From NCBI GenBank assembly GCA_963836435.1, contig CAWIJI010000015.1:318-64317 (forward strand): DNA of 64,000 bases, in the 5' to 3' direction. Below the pieces are notes generated by a model. The model searched no databases and had not been told where the DNA came from. It saw only the letters and a list, made by a program, of their open reading frames with translations. Shown here one piece after another: positions 1-12,269 of the stretch (position 1 is its first letter; the number at the start of each line of letters is the position of its first letter). This DNA comes from an uncultured Acidobacteriota bacterium. Lineage in GTDB: Bacteria; Acidobacteriota; Terriglobia; 20CM-2-55-15. Made by a program: the position numbers and the translations under genes.

Positions 1-521
1 GAGAAGAAGCGGTGCCAGTAGAACGCGTTGGCGATCGGATCCCATGTCCAGTTGGATTTTTCCGTATCGGTGAAAATAATGCGTACGCCATCGTACTTGC
101 GATCCGTATCGCTCCAGACATAAAAATTCCGCTCGTTCGATCCGGGCGGGGAGGATCGGGCGGCCTGAAACCACGGATGCTGATCGGAAGTGTGGTTCAC
201 GACGAGCTCGATCATGACCTTCAGGTCTCTGGCGTGGGCGGCATCGAGAAACGCCTTGAAATCGTCCATCGTGCCGTAGCTGCGGTGAATGTTGGTGTAA
301 TCGGAAATGTCGTAGCCATCGTCACGCAGCGGCGACGGGAAGAAGGGCAGAAGCCACAGACAGGTGACGCCCAGAGCCTGGAGGTAGTCCAGCTTGCTCA
401 TCAACCCGATAAAGTCGCCGATTCCGTCGTTGTTCCCGTCGCAGAACGCCCGCACGTGAAGTTCGTAAATGATCGCGTCCTTGTACCAGAGAGGATTAGT
501 TTCTTTTTCCGCACTCGTCAT
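1..521 (-). CDS. treS: Trehalose synthase / maltose alpha-D-glucosyltransferase (GH13), 5' part; runs off the window
   Basis: Manual translation from ATG 521: [37 protein letters not shown]...[10 protein letters not shown]...[15 protein letters not shown]...NWTWDP...FYWHRFF, the typical TreS N-terminus. Missing from the ORF track because it has no stop inside the window. Confidence 0.9.
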   Translation of the reverse strand, partial: MTSAEKETNPLWYKDAIIYELHVRAFCDGNNDGIGDFIGLMSKLDYLQALGVTCLWLLPFFPSPLRDDGYDISDYTNIHRSYGTMDDFKAFLDAAHARDLKVMIELVVNHTSDQHPWFQAARSSPPGSNERNFYVWSDTDRKYDGVRIIFTDTEKSNWTWDPIANAFYWHRFF

Positions 522-3408
522 GAACGGGCCTCCTTGTACCCCACCAGCAGAGCCACCGGGCAGAACTGGAGCACGTCGGCAATCCGAATGCGCGCGTCCG
601 GGCCGGCGCCGGGACGTATCGGCCTTCCGGTGAGCCGATCGCGAAACAACAATGTAGACCACTCCACGGGAATTTCGATTTCCGTGTTCTTCCAAAAGTC
701 CTCGCCAAGCGGAAGCCAGCGGTCCACTTCAGCCAGACCCGCGGTCAGACGAGGTGCGATGGCGATCAGCACGCTCTCTCGATTGGCGCGAGCGATAACG
801 GCCAGTCGATCTTGCCGGTCACCAATCGCGTTCATCGCAAAGTAATCGCCTTCCAGGAACAGGGCCTGGTGTTCCCGCCGCAGGCGGAGTCCTGCAGCCG
901 TCAGATACTGCTTGATGCGCCCATCCTCCCAATTGCCAAGCATTTCGGAAACCGCCGAAACCATGACGTTCTCCGGAGCGGAAGGATCCAGAAGCGGCGC
1001 CATGGAATCGAGATAGCGGCAGCGCAGTTTGAAATCGACAGGCCGGCGATTGTCGGGATCCACCAGGCTCAGGTCCCACAGTTCGGAGCCCTGATAGAAA
1101 TCCGGAACACCCGGAGATGCTATCTTCAGCGTCAGCTGCGAAAGCGAATTGACCAGCCCGAATCGTGAAACCTTTTTCAGGAACGGCAGGAACGAGCGCA
1201 GAAACGTCGTGGCGTGCGGCCCGGACAGCGTCCTGTCAACAAACTTCACAACCGCTTCGTCATAAGCCCTGGAGGGGTTGATCCAGCTGGTATGAGTCTT
1301 CTTCTCCCTGGTCGCCTTGCTCATGGATTGCTGCATTCGGGCAACAAAATCCTTGTCCGGGGCGGCCCCATCTGCCGGCCAGGCCCCAATCAGCGATTGA
1401 TAGATAGAAATACTCATCGCTCCGATCGGGGGCCGCTTCACCGGCAACCATGCTCCGCACTGACGAATTGATTCTTGCCCACCGGAAAATCATCTCGCGC
1501 CAGGCCTGAGGCATTTCCGAAAGCACGTTCAACCGGGCCCGGGCGTCTTCTCCGCGCTTGGTATCGTGCGTGGAAGTTGTAATCATCGACAGAGGCCACT
1601 GCTGAAGCCTCCCGAGATTTGCCCGGTGAAAGTCCGACAGCGGTCTTCCGAAGGAACTCGGATCCCCTCCGACTTCGTTAAGCGAGAGAAGTGGGCCGTA
1701 ACGATAAAATGCCGTGTCCTCCACGCCTTTCGCCTGGACCGGGCCGGTGTACTGCTGGAATTTCATCGCAAACCTGGTCCGGCGCTTGTACTCCTCGGCT
1801 GGAATGCCGTCAGGGACCGGCAGCAGCATCTGAGCGATGAAATCGAATGCTGACGGCTCCATCGCAGGATTCCGGCGCAGGGCCTCCCCCACTGCCCGGT
1901 CGATAGTCTGTTTGTCGAACTCGCTCCATCCTTTGGGGCTGAAGTAGGTTCGGTACACGGGGAAGCAGGCCACAACCTCCACGAGGGCCGCATGGAGACT
2001 GGCCAGAGTGAAGTCTCGAAAGTGCCGGTCACCTTCCGAAATCCGGTTCAGTTCGGCCGCCAGGACCGTCAACTCACTCGCCATCGAGGTCGTGATGATC
2101 AGTTTCTTGGCCTCGTACACCACGTCGCGGAAGACGAGCTTGTGACCCGTGAAACGGGAGTAAAGCCTGGCAAAATCTCGAGCAGCCGAGGGGTTCGACG
2201 TAAACGGAATTCAGGCTGTTGAGAAAGTCGTAGCCTGTCGTTCCCTGAATTGCCCAGTCTGAAGACAGACGTTCTTCCTCCGACAGGATCTTCTCCACGA
2301 CGACATACGGTCGTTGCGGCCGGAATTTTTCTCTGAGGACCTGCAGGTAGGCGGATGGATCAAACAGTCCGTCGATGTGATCGAGGCGCATCCCCGTCAC
2401 CTTTCCTTCGTGAATGAGACGTAATACGAGGGCATGGGCGACTTCGAAGACTTCGGGGTCCTCCATACGAAGGCCGGCCAGTTCATTGACGTCGAAGAAC
2501 CGCCGATAGTTGATCTCGTGCATAGCGGTGCGCCATGAAGAGAGCCGGTAAGGCTGCGCCTCCAACAGTTCGTGCAGCAGTCTGAATGAAGACGAGTCTC
2601 CGGGGGTACCGTTGAACCGGCGAATGTTGTCCTCAATGTGGCGTCGAATCGGGACTGACGTTTCGGCAAGTTTCGCCAGGCGGCCCTTGGCAACTTCTTT
2701 CTCCCTTTGCCGTTCAGCCATCGACACCGAATCGCTCTGCGTATAAACGGGCAGATGGTCGAGGTGGAACAAGACGCTCAGGAATTCATTCAGATCGGGA
2801 TCGTCCCCGGGCAGGGTGGCCTCAAGGGCTTCCAGGTTGTACCGCAGAAGAATGCGAAGCTGACGCGGATTGAGGGGCAGTTCCAGATCGAAGTATCGCA
2901 GGATGATCGCACCGTCCTTGAACTCGATCTGCAACTGTCCGCTATCGAGAGTGACACCGTATTGGTCCGCCAGTATCGGGAGCAGCAGCTTCCCCCGCAG
3001 TTCTTCTTTTACAGGCTTCCAATCGATATCGAAGAAGCGCGCGAAAGGCGAAGAAGGCCCATTCTCAAGGACCTCCCGCCACCAGAGGTTGGCATTAACA
3101 TCGACGCCCATGTGGTTGGGAACGAAATCAAGGAGCAAGCCGAAGTTGTGGTCTTGCAGCACCGTGGTGAGCTGGGCGAATCCCTCTTCGCCTCCCAGTT
3201 CGGAATTGATCCGATTGTGATCGCAGAGATCGTACCCATGTGTGCTTCCGGGGCTCGCGGCGAGAATTGGCGACAGGTAACACTCGCTGACACCGAGCTG
3301 CTTCAGATAAGGAACGACGGCTGCAGCGTCGAAAAACGCGAACCCGTCACGTAACTGAAGTCGATAGCTGCTGGAGGGCAGCCGATCCGGAAGCGGCGCC
3401 TGGATCAT
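518..3408 (-). CDS. treY: Malto-oligosyltrehalose synthase (two frameshifts, near 2190 and 1400)
   Basis: Three consecutive frames (2074..3408, 1260..~2190, 518..~1400) carry TreY motifs [91 protein letters not shown]. The ATG at 3408 overlaps the treZ stop. Confidence 0.85.
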
Positions 3409-5312
3409 GCTTCGCCCTTCCTCGGGGTGGTCCGTAAAATCGCCGCTGCAGGCCGGGTCAGATTCATCCCGGGTATCGCCGCATCCACAGTAACGGCCAC
3501 GGCATCCGGAGCGTACGCGGCGTCTTCCGTGCTCAGCAGCAGCTTCCATGTCTGGCCGCTTCCCAATCGCGCCAGTCTGTGTCCGCCAAGATCCACGGCT
3601 CCCGAGCCGCTCAGGCGAACGACGGCGAGGATTGCATCCTCGAGCGAAGCGGCTCGGCGCAGGACAAGAACGTCCTTATCGAGAGCGTCGATCTCCAGAC
3701 TTCCAGAAGTAGCAGGCGAACGCAGGGCGGGCTCAGACCGGCGAAGTTCGAGCAGCCTGCGGTACAGCCGCAGCATGGATTTATGAGGTTCACTTTCACG
3801 CTCTTTCCAGACGAGCCGGCTCGCTTCAAATGTTGAGCGCCTGAGGGCCCGGGATAGATTCGCAGGTCCGAGGGTCGGAGAACTGTGCAAACCGGCTGAA
3901 CTCGTTGCGGCGACCTTCCGTGACGTTCTTTCCGAGATCCGTGTTGTGGTCGGTAAAATAGAGGAACGGTGTCGTGGCAGCCCACTCCTGTCCCATGAAC
4001 AGCAGCGGCGTCTCGGGCAGCAACAGCAGCAGCACCAGGCGGCGCGGTACGCGGCCGGATCGATCGCATGATGCAGCCGGTCGCCGAACGCCCGGTTGCC
4101 AATCTGATCGTGATTCTGGAGAAAGAAGACGAACCTGCGTATGGCGGATGCCGGCCGGATCTGTCCCGCGCGGCCCGCCGAAATACGGAGCATGCTGGCC
4201 GCAATAGAACCAGCCCTCTGGAGCGCGGTTCGCGCGATGCGTCGAGGCCGTACCGTCGAAGTCCTGAAAATAGCCGTCGCGATCGCCGGCCAGAGCTCGC
4301 GCATCTGATGATGAAAATCGTCGGACCAGACGCCATCCAATCCCCATCCGCCTTCCGATTCGCGGCTTGACCATGCAGGCCAGGTTGCGGACGTCTTCCG
4401 CGATGACGTGCACGCGGCGCCCGAACCTCGGCAACTGATGCATGCACGGCCGCCGAGATGGAGGCCAGGATATGCCGAGGGCTATCGTCGACAATGGCGT
4501 GCGTCGCATCCAGCCGCAGGCCGTCGAAATGATATTCGTGTAATCCAGCGCACGCGTTCTCGATGAAGTAGTCGCGCACCGGCGCGCTGTGCGGACCGTC
4601 GAAGTTGATGCCCGTCGCCCCAGGGGCTGTGGTGCGCTTGCGGATAGTAATACGGGCTGAACGCTGCACTGATAGGCGCCGTCGGGCCCCAGGTGGTTGT
4701 ACACGACGTCGAGGAAAACGGCGAGCCCCAGCTCGTGCGCCGCATTCACAAAGCGCCGCAGATCGTCCGGCCGGCCATAGCAGCGGGCGGGAGCGAAAGG
4801 CGCGACGCCGTCATAACCCCAGTTCCGGCTGCCGGCGAAATCGGCGACCGGCATCAACTCCACCGCGGTCACTCCAAGTTCTCGCGAGTTCCGGCAGTCG
4901 CTCGGCAGCCGCGGCGAAACGTTCCCTCCGGCGTGAACGTGCCGATGTGCAGCTCGTAGAAGACGAGATCCTCGAGGCGATGCCCGTCCAATGCCGTCGG
5001 TCCAGGGAAATGCTGACGGATCGACGATCTTGCGACGGCGCCGTGCACGCCGTCAGGCTGAAAGCGCGATGCGGGATCGGGAAACGGCCCTTCTCATCAA
5101 TGCGGTAGCGGTAAAGATCACCGGGGCCGGCACTGGACAACGAGACCGGTGAAGTAGCCGTCACGCGTCTTGGCTCCATCGCATGAGTCTCAGTATCCGC
5201 CGGGCCACTCGAGGACAAGTTCAACACTTGCCGCATCCGGCGCCCAGACACGAAAACTGCGTGTCCCCAGCCAAGCGCAGTGGCTCCCAGGAAAGGTTGC
5301 CCGACGCGTCAT
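3405..5312 (-). CDS. treZ: Malto-oligosyltrehalose trehalohydrolase (many frameshifts)
   Basis: Fragments across frames: FRVWAPDA, ELMPVADFAGSRNWGYDG, LDVVYNHLGPDG, FDGLRLDATHAIVDDS, GVWSDDFHH, QNHDQIGNRAFGDRL, PLLFMGQEW, FLYFTDH. Confidence 0.85.
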
Positions 5313-7222
5313 GCGTCGACCTCCGGCATCGAACACAACCATCGCCAGCGGCGGAACCGTGATGTTGAGCGAATGCGGCCGCCCGTGCATCGCTAGTCGG
5401 ACGAAGCTTCGAGGCCGCCGGCGTTGCCCTGCCCGCTGCCGCCATAAAACTCCGCATCGCTGTTCATGACCTCCTGCCACCAGCCGCCATGAGGCACACC
5501 CACCTCGATAGTTGTGATGGGCGACCGGTGTGAAGTTGCAGACGAAAGCCAGGCAACGGGAGCGATCACCCGTACGCCGCAGAAAGCTGATGAGGCTCCT
5601 CTGGTTGTCGTTGCAATCGATCCATTCAAAACCTGCCTGCATCGGAATCCGATTCATAGAGAGCCCGCTGGTTCCGGTAAAAACGCATTGAGATCCCGAA
5701 CCCAACGCTGCAGCCCGGGATGAAGCCCGGCTTCGAGCAGGTTCCAATCGAGGCTGGCGTCGTGATTCCATTCACGCCACTGCCCGAATTCGTCTCCCAT
5801 GAACAGCAGTTTCTTGCCGGGATGCCCGAACATGTAGCCGTAGAGCAGGCGCAGATTCGCGAATTTCTGCCAGTCATCTCCCGGCATCTTTCCGATCATG
5901 GAACCCTTGCCGTGAACAACTTCGTCATGGGAGAACGGCAAGAGGAAGTTTTCGGAGAACGCGTAGAGCAGACTGAACGTAATGCGATCGTGGTGATAGC
6001 TGCGGTGGATCGGATCCCTGGCCATGTAGTCGAGCATGTCGTGCATCCACCCCATGTTCCATTTGAAACCGAAGCCAAGGCCCCCGACGTAAGTCGGGCG
6101 CGAAACCATCGGCCATGAAGTCGATTCTTCGGCAATGACCGTGATGCCCGGGAACTCTCCGTAAACACGCTCGTTGAGCATCCGCAGGAACTCAATGGCC
6201 TCCAGGTTCTCTCGACCGCCGTACTTGTTCGGGATCCACTCTCCATCTCGCCTTCCATAATCGAGGTAGAGCATGGACGCCACGGCGTCCACGCGCAATC
6301 CGTCGATGTGATACTGGTCGATCCAGAAGAAGGCGTTGCTGATCAGGAAATTCCTCACCTCGACGCGTCCGAAGTTAAAAACGAAAGTGTCCCAGTCGGG
6401 ATGAAGACCCTGCCGCGAGTCGGCATGCTCGTACAGGTGGGTTCCGTCAAAGTACGCCAGGCCATGTTCGTCTCTTGGAAAATGAGCGGGGACCCAGTCC
6501 AGAATGACGCCAATACCTTTCTGGTGGAGCGTATCGACGAAGTACTTGAAATCGTCGGGGGTTCCGAAGCGGCTGGTGGGCGCGAAATAGCCCACCGTCT
6601 GATACCCCCAGGAGCCGTCAAACGGATGCTCGGCGATAGGCAGAAGTTCGACGTGGGTGAAGCCCATTTCCCGGGCATAGTCTGCCAGTTGATGAGCCAG
6701 CTCACGGTAGTTGAGCCAGCGCGCGTTCTCCTCGGGAACCCGTCGCCACGAACCGAGATGGACTTCATAGATTGACAATGGCGCGGATTGTAGAGACCTG
6801 GAAGCTCGAGCCGTCATCCAGTCGCCGTCTGTCCAGTCATACGGATGGAGTTCCCAGACCATGGATGCCGTTTTGGGGCGAATCTGTGACGCGAAACCAT
6901 AGGGATCGGCCTTGTCCACACGGTAGCCGAGATAACGAGAATGGATGTGGTATTTGTAGAGCGCGCCGAGGCCGACTCCGGGTAGAAAGCATTCCCACAC
7001 TCCGCTTTCCCGAGGGATTCCATTGGCGTGGCATCCGGATCCCAATTATTGAAATCGCCGATCACAGAAACTCGTTCCGCATTCGGCGCCCAGACGCAAA
7101 ATGAGACTCCGGCGAACGCCATTCGAGACGCGAGGATGGGCGCCGAGTTTCTCGTAGGTCCGGAAGTGCGTTCCTTCGGCGATCAGGTGAAGATCGAAAT
7201 CTGTCAGAACGGGATTCGTCAC
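5309..7222 (-). CDS. glgB: 1,4-alpha-glucan branching enzyme (short form; frameshifted)
   Basis: GTG 7222: [29 protein letters not shown]. Later fragments: [100 protein letters not shown]. Confidence 0.85.
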
Positions 7223-9387
7223 TGGTGAGTCTCCTTTCGGTCGCTCGGCCACAGCTGCGAAGAACGGTGACGGAGCGGCCATGTAAGCCCGTAACTGCGG
7301 CCCGTGAGACGGTGGGGCTTCTTCCAATTCGTATTCGAGGTATCGAGAATCCGCTCCCATCGCTGTCCCGCCTCGTGGGCGGGCAACACAAAACGAACAC
7401 TCTCGTGGTGCGCGTTCAGCATGATGAAAAGGGTATCGCCAACGACAGGGTCGCCGTGCGCGATCCACTTCATCCGCTGCGGATCCCAACAACAGGAACA
7501 CCCACGCAGCGCGCAAAATGCGTATTCCACGCACGCTCGTCCATTTCTCTGCCGTTGGGGCCGAACCAGGTTGACGTCCTTGACGCTTGTCGCCGCGAAA
7601 AGCTCCGCCCTTGAAAAATTTTCGCTTCCGAAGAACAGGATTGCTCGGCGCGCAAGCGGATCATGAAGCGGACGAAGTCGAGAAAACCTCTGCTTGTGTT
7701 CGTCCGGAGTCCAGTCGAACCAGTTGATCTCGTTATCCTGGCAGTAGGCATTGTTGTTGCCGTTTTGCGTCCGGCTCAGTTCATCGCCGCCACTAAGCAT
7801 GGGAACACCCTGGGAAAGCAACAGGGTGGCCATGAAGTTTCTTTTCTGCTGTTCGCGCAGAGCCTGAACACCGAGGTGATCTGTCGGGCCTTCGAACCCA
7901 CAATTCCAGCTGAGATTGTGGTTTTCGCCGTCAGTATTCATTTCGCCGTTCGCTTCGTTGTGTTTTTGGTTGTAACTGACCAGATCCTGCAACGTGAATC
8001 CATCGTGAGACGTAACGAAATTGATGCTGGCATAAGGCCGGCGCCCGCTGTGCTCATAAAGATCGCTGCTCCCCGCCAGTCGCGTGGCCATTTCCGAGAT
8101 GACGCCGTCGTCGCCCCTCCAGAAGCGGCGGACCGCGTCGCGATATTTCCCGTTCCACTCGGTCCAGCCAATCGGAAAATTTCCGACCTGGTAGCCGCCT
8201 TCGCCGAGGTCCCAGGGCTCCGCGATGAGTTTGACCTGCGACAGGATCGGATCCTGGTGGATGATGTCGAAGAATGCGCTCAGCCGGTCCACTTCGTGCA
8301 ACTCCCTGGCGAGAGCGCTTGCCAGATCGAACCGGAACCCATCCACGTGCATCTCCACCACCCAGTAGCGCAGGCTGTCCATAATCATCTGGAGAACCCG
8401 CGGGTGGAGCATGTTCAAAGTGTTGCCACACCCGGTAAAGTCCACGTAGTACCGCGGATCCGGGGGGAACAACCGGTAGTAGGAAACGTTGTCGATACCG
8501 CGCAGCGACAGCGTCGGGCCAAAATGATTCCCTTCCGCCGTATGGTTGTAGACGACATCCAGGATCACTTCGAGACCTGCCGAATGGATGTTGCGCACCA
8601 TAGTCTTGAACTCACGGACACAGTCCAGAGGAGACTTGGCCATGGAATAGCGAACGTCTGGGGCGAAAAACGCGCTCGTGTTGTAACCCCAGTAGTTGCT
8701 CAACCCGCGTTCCACGAGATGACGGTCATAGGCATGATGATGGACCGGCATCAATTCCACGGCCGTAACTCCCAGGTTCTGCAAATACCTCAGGACCGAT
8801 TCTGATCCGAGACCGGCGTAGGTGCCGCGCATCTTCTCAGGAAGCCCGGGATGACGCTGAGTAAACCCCTTGACGTGAGTCTCATAGATGATCGTTTGAT
8901 GCCAGGGGATGCGCGGTGGATGGTCATCGCCCCAGGTAAAGGCGGTATCAATGACAACCGCAAGAGGGCAGCAGAATGCATTGTCTCTGGTGTCGAAAGC
9001 CAGGTCCCCATCCGGATTGCCGATAGTGTAGGCGTACATTTCATCGTACCAGCTTGTGGTTCTCCCGACGGCCTTGGCGTAGGGTTCCATGACGATCTTG
9101 TTGGCGTTGAAGCGCTGGCCGCGTTCCGGAGCGTAAGGCCCGTACATCCGGTATCCGTACAACTGCCCGGGCAAAACGCCCGGCAGATATGCGTGCCAGA
9201 TCTGGTCGGTCTGCTCCTCCACAACAACGCGGCTGGATTCCCGGCGGGCCTTCGGCGAATCAAAAAGACATAACTCCACGCGCGTCGCATGTTCCGAAAA
9301 AATGGAAAAATTTACTCCGGCCCCGTCCCATGTCGCGCCGAGTGGATACGGACTGCCTATTCTCGGTTTTGGTGCCTGGTGGTTCAC
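7219..9387 (-). CDS. glgX: Glycogen debranching enzyme GlgX/TreX (compensating frameshifts near the C-terminus)
   Basis: 722-aa ORF with [83 protein letters not shown] start overlaps the glgE stop. Confidence 0.9.
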   Translation of the reverse strand: MNHQAPKPRIGSPYPLGATWDGAGVNFSIFSEHATRVELCLFDSPKARRESSRVVVEEQTDQIWHAYLPGVLPGQLYGYRMYGPYAPERGQRFNANKIVMEPYAKAVGRTTSWYDEMYAYTIGNPDGDLAFDTRDNAFCCPLAVVIDTAFTWGDDHPPRIPWHQTIIYETHVKGFTQRHPGLPEKMRGTYAGLGSESVLRYLQNLGVTAVELMPVHHHAYDRHLVERGLSNYWGYNTSAFFAPDVRYSMAKSPLDCVREFKTMVRNIHSAGLEVILDVVYNHTAEGNHFGPTLSLRGIDNVSYYRLFPPDPRYYVDFTGCGNTLNMLHPRVLQMIMDSLRYWVVEMHVDGFRFDLASALARELHEVDRLSAFFDIIHQDPILSQVKLIAEPWDLGEGGYQVGNFPIGWTEWNGKYRDAVRRFWRGDDGVISEMATRLAGSSDLYEHSGRRPYASINFVTSHDGFTLQDLVSYNQKHNEANGEMNTDGENHNLSWNCGFEGPTDHLGVQALREQQKRNFMATLLLSQGVPMLSGGDELSRTQNGNNNAYCQDNEINWFDWTPDEHKQRFSRLRPLHDPLARRAILFFGSENFSRAELFAATSVKDVNLVRPQRQRNGRACVEYAFCALRGCSCCWDPQRMKWIAHGDPVVGDTLFIMLNAHHESVRFVLPAHEAGQRWERILDTSNTNWKKPHRLTGRSYGLTWPLRHRSSQLWPSDRKETHQ

Positions 9388-11375
9388 AAGTAATAGTCAA
9401 AATCCTGTTCGCTGCGGACGCGGCGCCGAATCTTGAAAATGTGCGCCGGAATTCCCTGCGGGCTGAGTTCGACGTAATTTCGAGATCCCTGCCACAGATA
9501 ACGTCCATCTCCAAGCAGATCGTGCACCTGGAAAGGCGACGACTCCTCCAGTCCCAGGGCCTTCAGGTCCAGATTCACCCATCCGGAATGCGTATGCCGG
9601 AAATCCAGATTCACGACAATGAGGATTGCGTTTGAAAGATCGGGACTTGTCTTGCTGTAGCAAAGCAGATCCCCGTTGTCAACTTCGTGAAAAACCAGAC
9701 GACGGTTCTGGTGCAGCGCCACGTTCTCCTTTCGGATCAGATTTACCCTGGAGATAAGGTCTTTGAGGCTCCATTCGCTGTCGAGATTCCAGGTCTTGAT
9801 TTCATACTTCTCCGACTCGAAATACTCCTCACTGCCCGGCGTCTTCGCGACGTTATTCACCAATTCGAAAGCGGGGCCGTAGATTCCGTAGCTGGCACCA
9901 AGCGTCGCGGCAAGGACGAGGCGGACCATCGAAGCTGGACGGCCGCCGAGTTCCAGGTGTTCGGGCAGAATGTCGGGTGTATTCGGCCACAGATTGGGGC
10001 GCATATAGTCGTGCACATCCGTGGTTGTCAGTTCTGTGAAGTACTCGGTCAGTTCCTGACTCGTATTGCGCCAGGTAAAGTAGGTGTAGGACTGCGAGAA
10101 TCCCAGTTTCGCCAACCGGTACATCACCTTCGGACGAGTGAACGCTTCGGCAAGAAAAATGGTTTCGGGATAGCGCGCCTGCACCTCGGGGATCAGCCAT
10201 TCCCAGAAGGGAAACGCCTTGGTGTGCGGGTTGTCGACGCGAAAAATACGAACTCCCTGCTCGCACCAGTAGAAGACGACGCGACGCAGTTCCTCCCAGA
10301 GTTGCTCCCAGGCCGCGGTCTCAAAATCCAGCGGATAGATGTCCTGATACTTCTTGGGAGGATTCTCCGCGTATTGAATGGTCCCGTCGGGCCGGCTGCG
10401 AAACCATTCGGGGTGCTGCCGGACCCACGGATGGTCGGGAGTGCACTGGAATGCCAGGTCCATCGCAAGTTCGAGGCCGTGCTTGCGCGCACTGGCCATC
10501 AGCCGCAGAAAATCGGCAAGGGTTCCGAGTTTGGGCTCAATCGCATCATGACCACCGGCCTCGCTTCCGATAGCCCAGGGGCTGCCGACGTCGTTTGGGC
10601 CTGCAGCAGGGGCATTGTTGCGACCCTTGCGATTCGTATGTCCGATGGGATGAACAGGCGGCAAATACAGAACGTCGAATCCCATCGCCGAAACGTACGG
10701 CAAACGGGCCTCGCAATCCGCAAACGTCCCATGACGGCCGGGCTCGGGCGCGCACGATCTGGGGAACATCTCGTACCAGGCGCTGTAGCGCGCCCTTTCA
10801 CGCTCCACGCGAACCCACAACTCCCGTTCGTAACGCGTGGAGAACCGCCGGTCGGGGTAGCGAAACACAACCGCCGCCATATCGAGATCCAGCGCCAGCG
10901 CCCCCGCGTCAACGGAGCCGGCGACACCTCGCAGATCCGCTGCCCAACCCGAAAGAGCCGCCGCATCCGGACCGGAGGCTCGACCTGCCGCGTCATCAAT
11001 CAAATCAGCGCCAATAAGGATGTCGACGCGAATATCCTGGCCAGCCTCGATCCTTTTGACCAGGTTGGTGCGCCACGTCTTGAAGTGATCGACCCAGCCC
11101 TCGATCGTGTAGGCATAACGGCCCAAAACGTCGACCTTGAACTCACCCCGCCAGCGGTCGTTGTCCACGAAATCCATGGGCGACTCCGACCATTCGGACG
11201 TGCTTTCAGTCCGGTAGAGGAGCACGCAGGAAAGCAGGTCGTGCCCGTCTGCAAAAATATCTCCCTCCACGACTACGGTTTCACCTGTGACGCGCTTGAT
11301 GGGAAAGCGGCCGCCGTCGACTTGGGGAAGAACCCCCTCAATAACTACTCGCCTACGCCCCTGACTCATGGGCAC
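9384..11375 (-). CDS. glgE: Alpha-1,4-glucan:maltose-1-phosphate maltosyltransferase
   Basis: Intact 663-aa ORF: WYEMFPRS, DVLYLPPVHPIG, GSPWAIG, AENPPKKYQDIYPL, IFRVDNPHTK, FLAEAFTRP, SQSYTYFTWR, NTPDIL. Confidence 0.92.
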   Translation of the reverse strand: MPMSQGRRRVVIEGVLPQVDGGRFPIKRVTGETVVVEGDIFADGHDLLSCVLLYRTESTSEWSESPMDFVDNDRWRGEFKVDVLGRYAYTIEGWVDHFKTWRTNLVKRIEAGQDIRVDILIGADLIDDAAGRASGPDAAALSGWAADLRGVAGSVDAGALALDLDMAAVVFRYPDRRFSTRYERELWVRVERERARYSAWYEMFPRSCAPEPGRHGTFADCEARLPYVSAMGFDVLYLPPVHPIGHTNRKGRNNAPAAGPNDVGSPWAIGSEAGGHDAIEPKLGTLADFLRLMASARKHGLELAMDLAFQCTPDHPWVRQHPEWFRSRPDGTIQYAENPPKKYQDIYPLDFETAAWEQLWEELRRVVFYWCEQGVRIFRVDNPHTKAFPFWEWLIPEVQARYPETIFLAEAFTRPKVMYRLAKLGFSQSYTYFTWRNTSQELTEYFTELTTTDVHDYMRPNLWPNTPDILPEHLELGGRPASMVRLVLAATLGASYGIYGPAFELVNNVAKTPGSEEYFESEKYEIKTWNLDSEWSLKDLISRVNLIRKENVALHQNRRLVFHEVDNGDLLCYSKTSPDLSNAILIVVNLDFRHTHSGWVNLDLKALGLEESSPFQVHDLLGDGRYLWQGSRNYVELSPQGIPAHIFKIRRRVRSEQDFDYYL

Positions 11376-11785
11376 ACCCCTAAATCATTCATTTTAAAAG
11401 TCTCTATTTGCTTAATCGCCGCAGCTTAAGTGACGGCGTGGTCCAGCGGGCCGTTCGAAAAAGTGAGCTAGGATTTGGATCGATCCAGATGTAGCCGTAT
11501 TAGGATACCAGCCTGAGGGGGCGAGTCTCAAGGGAAAGACCCGCATTCCCGCATTGGTAACACTGATGGGGACTATTCTAGCTGAAAGCGGAATACGAGA
11601 AGGCTTTGGAGAAAGCCCAGCAGGAGGAGCTCGCCGCAGCAAGAAGAGCGGCCGAGATGGAAAAGGCAGCAGGGTTGGCCGAGGCGAACGGAGTGAGCCT
11701 CCGGAAACAGCCGCTTCAGGCCACGTTGGCCGGCCTTATTCCGGCGTGACCCGGAATGCTCACGAAGGAGGAATTGGTTCTAGAA

Positions 11786-12045
11786 GCACGCCGGAGGCGT
11801 GCTCTGGAGTTTGGACATTTTGCACGCCGGAGGCGTGAAAGGAAGGTAGCCCCGGGTGGAGCGCAGCGACACCCGGGGTTCATCTCACGAGCGGCGTTTG
11901 CACCCCGGCAGGGGCCCCGGCAGGGGTGCGAGGAATCCCTGCACCCCTGCCGGGGTGCAAGATTCCCGCTACGGTAACCCGGGTTGCGCTCGCTTCGCTC
12001 GCTTAACCCGGGGCTAAATTCTGAGCACGCCTCCGGCGTGCTCAG
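11786..12045 (+). repeat. Palindromic repeat family 1, full copy A (~260 bp, REPIN/MITE-like)
   Basis: Bounded by GCACGCCGGAGGCGTGC (11786-11802) and its reverse complement GCACGCCTCCGGCGTGC (12024-12040). Internal nested inverted repeats (TAGCCCCGGG...CCCGGGGCTA; GCACCCCGGCAGGGG...CCCCTGCCGGGGTGC). The core recurs at ~12138-12260, ~32616-32760 and 52565-52782. Confidence 0.85.
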
Positions 12046-12137
12046 ACTCACGTTTCAACGTCGCCATCGCCTTGCGGACGAATCTGAAAACCGGAGACGT
12101 AACCTCGTGTTTCCGCTCCCGCTCAGACTCAACAAGG

Positions 12138-12260
12138 AATTTAGCCCCGGGTTAAGCGAGCGCACTGGGGTTGCCGTAACGGAGATGTTCGCCCCTCGTG
12201 AGATGAACCCCGGGAGTCGCTCGGCTCCAACCGGGGCTACCTTCCTTTCACGCCTCCGGC
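12138..12260 (-). repeat. Family 1 repeat, inverted internally deleted copy B
   Basis: Reverse complement reads GCCGGAGGCGTGAAAGGAAGGTAGCCCCGG...GGGGTTCATCTCACGAGGGGCG/AACATCTCCGTTACGGCAACCCC...GCTTAACCCGGGGCTAAATT, i.e. both ends of copy A with the centre missing. Confidence 0.8.
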
Positions 12261-12269
12261 TTGCTTACG

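Noticed and set aside
5190-5771. ORF reading from the glgB C-terminus straight into the treZ N-terminus (apparent GlgB-TreZ fusion)
   Set aside because: An ATGA overlap at 5309-5312 matches every other junction of the operon; one indel in a frameshift-dense region explains the read-through.
9687-11429. Long + strand ORFs opposite real genes (9687..11429, 7663..8805, 19629..21125 on minus, 41966..43348, 53641..55074, 62446..63528 and others)
   Set aside because: Antisense shadow frames typical of high-GC coding DNA; no motifs or RBS support.
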